NCBI GenBank assembly: GCA_002269645.1
Contig: NIVC01000038.1
Location: 806,001 to 870,000, forward strand
Direction: 5' to 3'
Source: Macrostomum lignano
Taxonomy: Eukaryota
DNA length: 64,000 nt
Both the position numbers and the translations under genes were made by a program. The notes under the pieces were generated by a model. That model was not told the DNA's origin. It ran no database searches and worked only from the letters and a program-made list of their open reading frames with translations. Shown here piece by piece: positions 15,520 to 28,141 of the stretch. Position 1 is the stretch's first letter; each line of letters starts with the position of its first letter.

Positions 15520-17380
15520 CTGTTAAGCTCTCGGCGAAGCTCCTGCATCTTGTGAAACGACTCGGCGTGGTACTGCATCTGAGCCTCGGTAAAGTCTTTC
15601 AGAGCGCGCAGATGATTGGCCTAAAATATTTATTATACACAGTTTTAATTAATATTAAACAGGACAGCATCAGCTAATGTTCATCCAATATATTAAAGAC
15701 GACTCACATGAGCACCCTTGATGCCCTCAAGCAGCAGTCGGGTTACCTCAAGCTGCCGCTCGTACTGTTGCTGCTCCTTGGCGTAATCAGACTCCGACTG
15801 GGGAATGAGAGACCGGACAAGAGGGGATAACAGCGTAACTTTCAATTCAAGAGCCGGAGAAACCGTACTTTTCAAAATTACAGATCCCATCTTCCCTTCA
15901 GGAACCTCCGATCCCATCTTCCCTTCAGGAACCTCCGATCCCATCTCCCCTTCAGGAACCTCAGATCCCATCTCTCCCCATCAAGAATCCCAGATCCCAT
16001 CTCTCCCCTTCAGGAACCTCCGATCCCATCGCTCCCCTTCAGGAACCTACGATCCCATCTCTCCCCTTCAGGAACCTCCGATCCCATCTCTCCCCACCAA
16101 GAATCCCAGATCCCATCTCTCCCCTTCAGGAACCTCAGATGCCATCTCTCTCCATCAATAATCCCAGATGCCATCTCTCTCCATCAATAATCCCAGATGC
16201 CATCTCTCTCCATCAATAATCCCAGATGCCATCTCTCCCCATCAATAATCCCAGATTCCATCACTCCCGATCAATAATCTCAGATTCCATCGCTCCCGAT
16301 CAATAATCCCAGATTCCATCGCTCCCCCCAATAGAAATCCCAGATCCCATCTCTCCCCCAATAGAATCCCAGATCCCATCTCTTTTAACAGAATCCCAGA
16401 TCCTATCTCTTTTAACAGAATCCCAGATCCCATCCCCCCAATAGAATCCTAGATCCCATCTTTCCCCCAATAGAATCCCAGATCCCATTTCTTTTAACAG
16501 AATTCCTGATCCCATCTCTTCCCCCAATAGAATCCCAGATCCCATCTCTGTCCCAACAGAATCGCAGATCCCATCTCTCCCCAATAGAATCCCAGATCCC
16601 ATCTCTCCCCCCGGATAGAATCCCAGATCCGTCTCTCCTTTTGATGAATTCCAGATCCCGTCTCTCATTTTGATGAATCCCAGATCCCGTCTCTCCCTTT
16701 GATGAATTCCAGATCCCATCTCTCCCAATAGACTCCCAGATCCTATGTCTCTCCCTATCAAGAATTCCAGATATCAATCTCCCCATCAAATCCCAGAACC
16801 TATTTATCTAGGTGTAAAAATGATAAGATTTCATTTCTGCAATGTAAATACATTTTACAACTCTAAAGGGCCATAGTACAAAACCCACCACCGAGTCTGC
16901 GTCCCGTCCCCTCTTGGCCCGAGCCTTAGCCGAGTCCAAGTCCAACCGCGCATTGTCCAACTCGCGCTTCTCCTTAGCGGCCGCTTTCACGTCCGTCTCC
17001 AGAAATTCTCTCAATGGTCGAAGAAACGACAGAGTAGACGTTTTAATAAAGTCCCTCTCCAGTTCGGCTAGCTCCTTCTCTACCTGACCTACTCGGGCCA
17101 GGGCGCCGCCGTAGTCGGTGGTGGAGCCCAGCTCAGCGCCGGCCGTGGCCATCATGCAGCCGAGATCTTCCAACGGGCTTAGCCGGTCTCGTTTCTCCCG
17201 TTCGAATTTCTCGCACATGAGATCTTCGACGCGATGAGCGGGGTTGGGCTGCAGCACAGCTTCGGTGCTTTTAAGGATCCGCTCAGTCCACTGCTGGGTG
17301 GCGTCGGATACGCGGACCAGCTCCTCGAACTCGGGAGGGAACGCGGTACGCTCCGCCTGACCCAGCTTCTCCTCGGTTAA
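15520..17380 (-). CDS. SH3GLB: Endophilin-B family N-BAR protein (SH3GLB1/Bif-1-like); three internal exons
   Basis: Exons 17380-16892 (or 16889), 15797-15708 and 15620-15520, all AG/GT bounded. Translation LTEEKLGQAERT...WTERILKSTEAVLQPNP...RLDLDSAKAR / ERQLEVTRLLLEGIKGAH / ANHLRALKDFTEAQMQYH matches endophilin B1 motifs (FTEEKLGQAEKT, LLQPNP, RLDLDAAK, RQAEITRLLLEGISSTH, HLRCLNDFVEAQ). First exon and SH3 exon not found. Confidence 0.9.
15880..16800. repeat. 28-30-bp minisatellite (cagatcccatctctccccttcaggaacct and variants) in endophilin intron
   Basis: About 30 units whose sequence drifts along the array. Confidence 0.93.
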
Positions 17381-17559
17381 CTGTTTGTTGTTAGAAGGCA
17401 ACAACGCGTGATAGTGTAAATTAATTACATAAATTTGCAAACTTGTGAGTTTCTTAAAGTCAGGTCACCCCACATCAGCTAGTAACGAGTAGATGGCGCT
17501 CAACTCTCTTGCAGTATGTTTTACTTTTTGGCATTTCTGGTGCTAAAGCCCCTGGTGCT

Positions 17560-19350
17560 AGTCCATACCCCCAAATATAATTAAATAAAGTTTTATTGGA
17601 CTAATTGAAAGTCAAGTTAGACAAGCTATATAACTTTGAAGATTTAATCAATAGAGAAAATTAAACTGTCAATGCTTAATCAAATGCTTCTTTATTTAAT
17701 GGATTATTTTTTTATATTGTAAAACCTTAAGTATTGCATTTTAAAAAGGAGAAATTATATTGATATCTTTAAGCATATGGTTTAATTTTACAAAGTAATG
17801 GAGTATATATTCTAAATAAAATTAATATAAAATAAATAGAACAAATATTTTAAATATTTTAAATATTGTTATGCAAGATTTTTATAGTAATATTTTATAC
17901 AGAATAATAAAAAGAAGTATTATTGAACAAAGGCCTTGGCTTGCATTTATATTTATAAAAAAACCTTTTTCAAAAATGGTTTAAAATAACAAAAGATTTT
18001 TGTATATAGGAAGTTGTATTATTAAACTTGTTCTTATACACACTTCCTAAGGCTATAGATATAAATCCAAGGCCTTAGGTATTTATTTTTTAATAAAATA
18101 TTACAAATAAAAAACTTGCACAACAATATTCAAAATGTCATATTTGTTACATGACATATAACAAATTTCTTTAAGTTAGGAGTATAGTCTAAAGTATTTA
18201 TAAAGAAGTATACTATACTATACTATACTATATATATATATATTTATATATTAATAATAAAACTAACATTTTGAACCCTTTTTGCAAGGTTTTATTTATA
18301 ATTTTTATTATATAATATCAATATCATGGTGCTATGGGCCTAATTAAGACCCTCGTACTAGAGCCCCTGGTGCTAAAGACCTTGGTACTTTTAGAAATTT
18401 GTGGTATATTCTAGCAAAACTGTATATAATATACATATATGTATATGGCTAATAACTAATGATCTCTAGCCAGCCCATAGTACTCTATATTAAAATATAA
18501 TAAAGTACAAAAACTTTGTACTATTTGTTGAAATGTTGATTTTTAAATAGATCTAAAAATTGTAATATAATTGCATACTAATTTATCTATTTATCTATTT
18601 TATATACGTAATTACCTTATGCTGCAGTATATTGCATTACATTATTTAAATATACCATATTATATTTTCTAATTGAAATAATTATTAAATATAATTTTAT
18701 ACTTATATATTAGGGCTATACATAAAATTACTTTCTTGTTGCTATATTGTTCATTTTAAAAAGGATTTCCTGATTTCATCAAACTTACTATGAATAGATA
18801 ATATAAATATAAATAAGTAGCTAAATCATTTGTAAATTGGTCCTATAATATGGGGAATTGTAAAATAATGAATAAGTAATATAAATTATTGTAGTTTACC
18901 TGAACTGCCCTATTAAAGGTCGAGGATATGCCACTACTCAATTTCTTGAAATCCATTTTAAGTTGTCTTTTATTGTAAAAACCTATGAATGCCCAAGGAT
19001 TTAAATTTTGTCCAAGTTAAATTCTTTATTTGATAATATTAATGCTATGAAGTGGATTATTAGGAAAAGAATAAAAACTTTTTTGTGAATACTATTACAC
19101 TGGGATAAAGCACTTATTGATAGATTAATCCTTAGCTTTAGTTTTGGCACAGAATTTATTTGAAACTTTAGATTTCGAAGTCGAACGACGGCGAACGCGA
19201 TAAATAAATAATTATTTAATTTTTAGTAAACATATCTATGTTTGGAAGCTTTATTTAAAAGATAATAAATTTAATAAATCTAATTTAGTAGAAAATTGTA
19301 TTAAGGCTTTAATTCTATATGAAAATCAAAAATACTACGTTAAGTATTTG
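17560..19350. other. Strongly AT-rich non-coding island
   Basis: Visibly much more A/T-rich than the flanking exons; no ORF of 60 aa or more in the track. Confidence 0.7.
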
Positions 19351-19439
19351 TGCTTTGTTATACTTTTTAGCATAGGCCTCTTCAGTTATCGAAAAACTTT
19401 AACGAAGCGAATTTATTGAACTGATGCTTTTCAGCAATA

Positions 19440-20742
19440 CTGGGGGTCTTCCTCACAATTAACTTAAGTTGTTTTTTCACTCGTTTGCCCCGTCAGGTCT
19501 GAGATGCAGTGCTCTAAATGAAGAGCAGCGGCGTAAAATTTAAGCCATTAATAAACAACCATTAATGGTTGTACAATATAAAATTGAGCACCCTGGGCTG
19601 AGCAACAATGCAATCGCAAAATATTTTTCTGAGCTTGGTGTCCCTAGATCAACCATTTATGGAATTCTGGATTGCTACTCAGCAACTGGAGAATTGATTC
19701 CGTGCTACTCAAGGAGGGGTCAGGACGACCAGCTACCAAGGTCACTGCCATGCACTTGATGAAGAAGATGTCAAATGATGCCAGGATGGGTCTGTCCCAG
19801 CGCGAAATTGCACGCAAATATGACATCAGCCAGCCGTACGTCAACGTGATTCTCAAGAAGCAGGGACTGAGTGCATACAAGAAAGAAAAAGTACGTGACA
19901 TTTGTGTCGGAGCAGAAAGAGCGTCAGCGTGTGAGGATTGACAGGCTCTACCGTGCATGCTATATGCTGGCCGGAGCTAATGACGGCGGACTGGACATTG
20001 TCATGGACGATGAATCGTACTTAGCTATCTGTCATCCAATGTCATCCCTGGTAACAGGTTCTATCATATGCAGCAGCTCGAGGTGATGCACCTGATGAGG
20101 TCAGGTGTTCACCCAGCAAGAAATTTGAGGCCAAAGTCTTGGTCTGGCTGGCCACCAGCAAGAAGGGCATGTCCAAGGTCTTCTTCTGCCACGGCAGCTC
20201 AATGAAGAAAGAGATCTACATAAGAGAGTGCATTCACAAGCGTCTATTGCCATTTATTAAGGAGCAGCATGCTGACGTCAACTACCTGTTCTGGCCTGAC
20301 CTGGCGAGCTGTCACTATGCTCGTGACGTCATTGACACATTTGAAGAGGAAGGTGTCAATTTTGTCAGCACGGAGCTCAATCCTCCCAATGTACCACAGC
20401 TGCGACCAATTGAGAACTTCTGGGGGATGTTGAAGCAAAAGGTTTTAAACCATCACAGTTGGACGGCAGACAGTCTGGAACAGCTGGAAAATCGCATTCG
20501 CTAGTACTGCCTCCGCCAGGTGGATCTGCACTGTGTACAGGAGATGATGACCAATGTCAAGTCCCGGATTCGCCGAGCTCGGGCTAATCGTGTCGGAGCC
20601 GTTTGGCAATGAGCCAGACAATCCCTTATACATTGTACATTGTATTTTGAACTAAATCAAAGTTAAAAGACATGCGTTTAATTTTTTAATTGTTGTCTTA
20701 CTAAAACAAATAAAAATGTCCAGATTTTTACCAATCACCCAG
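19440..20742 (+). mobile_element. IS630-Tc1-mariner DD37E (ITmD37E-type) transposon with degenerate transposase
   Basis: Frameshifted ORF pieces: HTH (LSQREIARKYDISQPYV), IVMDDESY, FWPDLASCHYA and NPPNVPQLRPIENFW, with 37 residues between the second D and the E. Ends are TA|CTGGG (19438-19444) and CCCAG|TA (20738-20744), about 1.3 kb apart; terminal match is only 5-7 bp. Confidence 0.85.
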
Positions 20743-21344
20743 TAATACCATATATATAAGTGCAGCAAAAAAGCCTCAGATATCATGTTACGGTAATATT
20801 ATTTAATAAAACAGTTATATTTTCTACGTTTAAAAAGATAATTTGAAATTTAGCTAAGCGTACGTGCGTTACCTAAATGATTTTTGCGTGTATTTACATT
20901 TTTGTGTAAGTTAAGAATATTTGGGATATTGGATCAGGCGTCACGCTAGCTCAAGACCTGCAGAGAAACTTTTACGTACGATTACAGCTCGAACAACATT
21001 TAAATGGATCGAGAATACACCTTGAAAGGTAACTATTCTTAATCCAAAAGGGATGGATGTTTACTAGTAGCTCTTGTGTGTATCCTTACTAGATGTGTTG
21101 GATTTCCATGCATCCTCCAAATATTTGTACTTTCTGTATTGCAACACAGCCTCGTACTTTTCAGTTAGCAGACTCCCTAATAAGAGTTAAAAACGGAATT
21201 AAGGAGAATTAGAGAGCTCCGACATGACCAGAGCCCACTAGAAAAATGAGCGATCGGTGAGGGAGAGAATTAGCTAGTGCAAACAGACGCCAGCAAAAGC
21301 TGACAAGACGCGCCCCTGCCCCGCCCCTATCATTTTAGCCAGCC

Positions 21345-21435
21345 AGAGCGACCTGGAAAAGAAATTAAAGCCAGAACTGGGTCAGAGGGCCCGAAAAAAG
21401 CCACGGATGAAAAGCAGGTCTGGACAAGCGAGAAT
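21345..21435 (-). pseudogene. Short inverted degenerate DEG/ENaC fragment
   Basis: The reverse complement contains ttctcgcttgtccagacc, identical to 22255-22272 (FSLVQT), followed by a deleted tgc..tttcatccg (C..FHP) match. Confidence 0.45.
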
Positions 21436-21726
21436 TGCCTGATTGCAAGTTGCCATAGACAACTTGCAATCTAGTTACCATAGACAACTTGCAACCTGCG
21501 TGCAATGATGCTAAACTTGGAAGTAGCAATCGTTCTATGGTCGAAATTGTCGCCTTAATTTACTCGTATGGTACAAAGCATCATGCGTGAGATACAGAAG
21601 TTTTTCTTTCATTATTTAAAAAAGCTGCACTTTCTCAGTCAGATCTAAGCTTTGAAACATCGAATCACTCGTACCCATTCTTTCTGTAACATACGAAACG
21701 AACTCATAACTTTCACAAAGTCGAAA

Positions 21727-23174
21727 ATGCGAGCCCGACTCAGCACGGTGACCGGTGCCGCCCAGGAGGTGGCTGGCATCACGAGAACCCACGGCTTGCT
21801 GCACATCTTCCTGTCCAGAGGCACAGCTCGACGGCTCTTCTGGCTGCTTCTGTTCGTAGCTGCCCTGATCGGCTGCACCGTCCACCTGGCCAAGTTGGTG
21901 CAGAAGTTCACCGAGCACTCCGTTGAGTCGCAGCTGAAGCTGAGGAGCGAACGAGCCCAGTTTCCCGACGTCACAATTTGCAACTTCAAGCCCGCTTCTG
22001 CTAGCTTAAAAAGGTCGAAGCTTTATCACGACTACCTGAATGAATCTTGGGGCAACTTCGACAACTGGTTCCAGGAGGACACCAAGAAGCGCCCTCATGA
22101 ATCGGCTGAAAGTTACGAAAACCGACTTGAGAAGGTGTGTAAGAAGCTCCTGGACGTGATGTGGGTGTCGGGCGACACCAGAGACATCTCCCACCTCGAT
22201 GAGACCATGCTGCTGAGCTGCCGCTACAACAGCGAGCCCTGCAGTCACAAGAACTTCTCGCTTGTCCAGACCAGCCGGTTCTGGAGCTGCTACACGTTCC
22301 ACCCGGACCCGGGGCAGTCGTCCAGCGGTTCTGGGGGCAGAGGAGCCGAGCTGAACATGGTGCTCTTCACCGATGGCTACACTGGGGCTTCTGTCCATTA
22401 TAGTGAATTCTTACATTCCGATTCTGTGGGAGTCTGCAACAAGCGACTAATTTTGGGTCAGGCTGCGACGAACACCTTGCTGGGAGGCAGTGATCCTCAG
22501 TCGACTGGACTGCGAGTTTTTATTCACGCGGCGAGCAGCTACCCCATGAGCCGTACGTATCATTTCATTGAGGTCTTATCTGAGTTATATTCATTTGAGC
22601 ATTTATGAAATAATAGTTACAAGATCACGGACACATGAAAACCCCATGCAAAACTGCAGAGACCGAGTTCGTGGACGTGGCCTCAGCCAGCAGCACCTCC
22701 ATCAAACTCAGGCCGATCCACAACCGACTCAAGTCGACGCCGAGCCGCAGATGCTCCGAGCCTCCAATCGAAACCATCAACTATGTCAGGCACTTCTCCA
22801 ACGCCTCGCTGAACGTGGTCACCAAGGCCTACTCAAAGTCCGTCTCCGATTTCGTAGTCGAGGCACAGCAGAGCATCCTGCACAGCAACTGCGGCTGCTA
22901 CTCGCACCTGCTCCCGTTCTCGGTAAATACGAGCGACCTTTGCTACTTCGCTCCACCGCAGGAGTGGATCACCCCATCGGATGCTGTGCTGAAGAGAATT
23001 GACTGCCATGATCACTGGTTTCAGCACGCAAAGAGGAAAAGCGAGGAGCTAACGAAGGAATTCCAGCACCGGATGTGGTGCCAGTTCACTCAGCAACGGC
23101 CTTGGCAGCAGAGCCGCGGGTGGCCCCCGTTCAGCGCCGTTCAAGAGATCTGGGAGAACCTGATGGTGCCGCAA
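21727..23174 (+). CDS. DEG/ENaC/ASIC-family sodium channel subunit, partial (TM1 and ectodomain; TM2 not found)
   Basis: Exon 21727-22552 has the THGL (HG) motif, TM1 RRLFWLLLFVAALIG, FPDVTICNFKP, MLLSCRYNSEPC, CYTF and GLRVFIH. Phase-1 intron 22553-22659 (gtacgt..ctgcag). Exon 22660-23174 has NCGC and GWP, then donor CAA|gtgag. Confidence 0.85.
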
Positions 23175-23395
23175 GTGAGACATGGAGTCGAGTTCCTGCC
23201 CGAGGATGGCAAAGAGCATCACATATTCAGGAATATGAATCAATCTCGACAATTGAATCATTTTTATTTATTTCTTACGCAAGACGATAACTGCTTAAGC
23301 TTCTTCTGCAGAAAATCCTTTATGAAATATTTCAAATGCAATTCTTCACTGAAACAAAGTACACGAGCATGGGTGACAACTTGCCCAGAACAGGG

Positions 23396-23590
23396 TCAGT
23401 AACGCGTATAGCAGCCACGTGCGTGTAGCAGAGCGCTCACCCTCCGGGGCATCCCTAGAACCTGCAGTTTGCGGATTGCTGTGTGCGACCGCCCAATTTG
23501 GCGAGCAACAGCTCGGATGGACATCCCAGCGTCCAGCATGCCAATGGCGCGCGCTCGTTCCAGGTCGGTCATTTGGCGAATCATTGCGTT
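23396..23590 (-). mobile_element. Tc1-like transposase N-terminal HTH remnant
   Basis: MTDLERARAIGMLDAGMSIRAVARQIGRSHTAIRKL resembles the Tc1 N-terminal DNA-binding domain; no DDE domain follows. Confidence 0.7.
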
Positions 23591-24439
23591 CGGTTGCGAA
23601 CGTGGATTTTGGAACGTGGATGGAGCTGCTGCTGCATGTCTGCTCCATTTGACTGTTTCCTTCGACCTGTCTGGCGTCTATGACCCAAGTTTTTGTCTAT
23701 GGCCCAAGTGCGTGTTGACGAAATCATCAATCGTCTATGGCACAAGTCTGGTGACAAAAACCAGTTTTGAAACTTTAAATATACACGGCTGACGCGAGGG
23801 TGAAAACTTGTTTGTATATAACGTTAGATTTAAGCCGTGCCTTTCTGGTTAAATAGTCGGATCGCCTTCACGAGACCGAAACTACATAAGACCGAATTTC
23901 AAATCGCAGAAAACTTATTATAACAGGGACCATGCAGAATTTTTGATTGTGTGAAACGTCGGTCTTATAAAGTACCCTGGAGTAGCCCGAGTGATCATTG
24001 CACTTTTCTTTCTCTTCAAGGCATACATAAATTTGATAATGCAATAGTGCATTTCCAGTTGGCAGGTTTTTTCTTATTTTATTCGGGAATCCGGTTTCAA
24101 ATTCATGTTTTAAATTGAAAAAAAGAGCTAGCTGTCCTCACTGTGGATTCTCTAGCACTAGTAAGTAGGTTTTAACCATAGACGATTATTTCACAGATAG
24201 GTAAAGAGCCTACAGGGAGTTTTTTATATAGCTCCCATTTGGCTTATTGTCATCATCTCTCCCGTTCCAGTCTGCTGGCCGCTTCGTGCCATAGACAAAA
24301 TAAGTCCTTTACTGTCCATGTCAAGACTAACCAAGTTTAAAAAGAAAGCAGCATATCGATTTAGCTCTTTTAGTTGAGTTTTGTTTAGATTATTTGAATA
24401 TGTTGAATTGTCATTCGAAGCCATCAAATTAGACGGTAG

Positions 24440-24770
24440 CCGGTGCTGGAGCTTCTTCGCTAGCGCCTGGCTTCGCGTCTCTGCGTGCTCAAACCAGATG
24501 TCGTGGCAGCTGATTCTTTTCAGCACAACACCCGATGGTGTTATCCAGTCCTGCGGTGGTGCAAAGTAGCACAGTTCGCTCGTGTTCACTGAAAACCGGA
24601 GGAGGTGCGAGTAGCATGCAGTCTTAGTCCTTTGGCAGCAACATTCAGTGAGGCGTTCAAGAAGTACCTGACGCAGCCTACAGTCTCTATTGGAGGTTTG
24701 GAGCACCGGTGTCGACATGAGCTTAAGCTGCTGGCCGATGCCACGTCCACGAACTCTGTCTCTGCCATTT
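24440..24770 (-). pseudogene. Inverted, internally deleted copy of DEG/ENaC exon 2
   Basis: AETEFVDVASASS and CYSHLLRFSVNTSELCYFAPPQDWITPSGVVLKRISCHD align with 22660-23070, with deletions and frameshifts. Confidence 0.9.
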
Positions 24771-25529
24771 AGACAGACGTACGATCTTGTGAACTTTGCT
24801 GTAAAATTGTGTGCAAAGATTAGAGTTACCTAGCAAGCATTTTTACTCGTATGACTGCTATTATTATTATTTATATTATCTAAAAAGCTTTCATCAAATC
24901 AAACACCCACTTGATTAAATATAAGAAAAGAGTAACTATCGCAGTTTTTTATCGTTTTGCTCTTTTATAACGAGTTCGATATTATTATTCGAATTAAAAC
25001 AAAGTTTTGGTCACTACAAGTAAAGCCGATCAATGTTTTTTTTCCAAGCAGAAAATGTCTCTATTATAGTATGCTACCTCGTAATATGGTTTTGCAAAGC
25101 AGCTTTGAATTAGAAACTAAAAACTTTCCATAAAAGGCTAGAATTTGAGCATTGCATTTGAAACTCATTCTTTATTGTAGAAAAATTTTCAAACCATTCA
25201 ACCCTGTAGTGAAGGTCTCAGCTATAGGCCGCTTGCCTATAGGTAGCTGCATGGCCTTTGCTTTTCAAAATTGAACTTTGAAACTTCTATTCGTAGCCCA
25301 CTGTATACCATCGCTAACACGGCCTCGAGCAGGCTAAGTAGAGCAGCTCTTGACCCTAACGATCTCTGCCCTCGCAAGGTGTCAATCTCGCATGCCTTTT
25401 TCTGTACAGAGTTCTGCCCCTAAAATTTGAGCAAATTTGTTGCTAATTAAGCTTAGCTTATTCAATATGGCCAAAAACTAAAGCCTAAATTTTGTTGTGT
25501 CTTGTTCTTTGAAAAGTTGTTTGCTGGAT

Positions 25530-25618
25530 AACTGTCTGCCTGCCTGTCTATCTGTCTGTCTGTCTGTCTGTCTGTCTGCCTGCCTGTCTATCTGTCTGTC
25601 TGTCTGTCTGTCTGTCTT

Positions 25619-25675
<57 letters not shown>

Positions 25676-25722
25676 ATGTCTGTCTGTCTGTCTGTCTCTC
25701 TGTCTGTCTGTCTGTCTGTCTC

Positions 25723-25789
<67 letters not shown>

Positions 25790-25790
25790 T

Positions 25791-25843
<53 letters not shown>

Positions 25844-25880
25844 TTTAGTCTCTGTGTCTGTCTGTCTGTCTGTCTGTTCT

Positions 25881-25961
<81 letters not shown>

Positions 25962-26026
25962 GTGTCTGTCTGTCTGTGTGTCTGTTTGTCTGTCTCAGTG
26001 TCTGTCTGTCTGTCTGTCTGTCTGTG

Positions 26027-26057
<31 letters not shown>

Positions 26058-26062
26058 CTGTG

Positions 26063-26093
<31 letters not shown>

Positions 26094-26146
26094 TTTAGTC
26101 TCTGTGTCTGTCTGTCTGTCTGTCTGTTCTTCTGTCTGTCTGTCTC

Positions 26147-26243
<97 letters not shown>

Positions 26244-26264
26244 GTGTCTGTTTGTCTGTCTCAG

Positions 26265-26347
<83 letters not shown>

Positions 26348-26368
26348 GTGTCTGTCTGTCTGTCTCAG

Positions 26369-26412
<44 letters not shown>
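25530..26412. repeat. (CTGT)n microsatellite, ~880 bp
   Basis: Near-pure GTCT run with recurring interruption blocks. Confidence 0.98.
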
Positions 26413-26415
<3 letters not shown>

Positions 26416-27389
26416 ATCGGAATTCATCTAGTAAGAGTATGGCACCAAATTTCTGTCTGTAGTATGTATATCAAGGCAGATCCAGGCGGTGCCACATTCA
26501 ATCCGGCTTTTGTGCGCAGTAAACAGTGACCGAAGAGGTGCAAAAAGGGTCTACCCTCAAATAAAAAACGCCATTTTTCACCTTTGGTGGCGCCGATTTC
26601 AAATCCGACGAAGCAGGAATTTAGGGGTCAATTTATCGGAGCCCAAGAGGCATGATGAGTATATATAGTTCAGCCAGGTGCGCAGTGACTGTGAAATTGG
26701 GCAGGTACCTGATCGCAGTTTTACACTCACCTCTGCTACGGAGTTTCCAAAGTTAGCTCCCCCCAGGCAATTTTGCCTTAAAATTGGATATGCCACCCAT
26801 ATAGATGGCAAACAATATTCCTGGGTCTGGTTTAGGTGGCATTTATTAATTCAAAGGTAAGTGCAGTGGAGTTAATAAACACACTTGACTTGAGCTGAAG
26901 TGACTTTCTACACGTTGCTTATCTCTATTTATTCTAGCACAGAAAGCATTAAAACGCAATATTTTATGATTATTTTTTTATAGACGCGTTCACTGATGAG
27001 CTGCTCCCCCCTCCAGTTCCTGAGACCTTCCTATTAGTAGCAAAATCTTTAACTTAAAAACTCAATCCGTGGACCGAATTCATAGAAACAAATGCAAGAC
27101 AGACAGACTCCTGTTGAGCAGGGCCAAGTCAGTACAATTTATTTGTGTCGCATTACTTTTCTGAGCTGGTTTAGTTTTAAAACAGGAAACTCTTGTCAAT
27201 TGTGGAGCTAGATAAGAATCTCAATGCTGAGTTGAGTTTACTTGCAGCTTTACAGCCGGCCCATATAGATAAGGCACAGCTGTAAACTGCTCAAAATGCT
27301 GACTGTACATGTAATTCTGCAGATATTCCTTCAAGCCGGTTGTGGTTCATTTAAACAAATGTTTTACTTACGTAGTACATCAATATTTT

Positions 27390-27775
<386 letters not shown>

Positions 27776-28141
27776 GGTGGGTCAGATAAAAATAGTAATA
27801 CTATAATGCTATATTGGTTGCAGACAAATTTTTCACCAAGATGTGTTTGTCAACACCTGGTGCCGAAAAAGCAGGACAAGTGTATTTTACCCATGTCTAC
27901 GATTCGCTACTTGAATAAGGGATGAAGCTTGACTGGTTGATAAAATGCAGGGAAGTCGGCAATTTTAGTGAGTCTGCAGTGATTTGAGTTCAGCTTTAGT
28001 TATAAATCTAATGTTACAATTGCCCAGCTAGCACTGGAAATCAAAGCGACAAGGATCAATCAATAAAAATGGCTGTACAAGCGACTATATGCACTTTGGT
28101 GTAAAAGTTCTCCCGACTACTTCGGAGGTCATTCGAGGTCA

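Noticed and set aside
17461-17540. First exon of endophilin-B (LLADVG resembling LAADAG)
   Set aside because: An in-frame TGA follows and there is no suitable donor.
17590-18230. Reading frame open under the ciliate code (TAA/TAG = Gln), or a NUMT
   Set aside because: The number of TAA/TAG and TGA codons is about what AT-rich random sequence would give, and no recognisable protein results.
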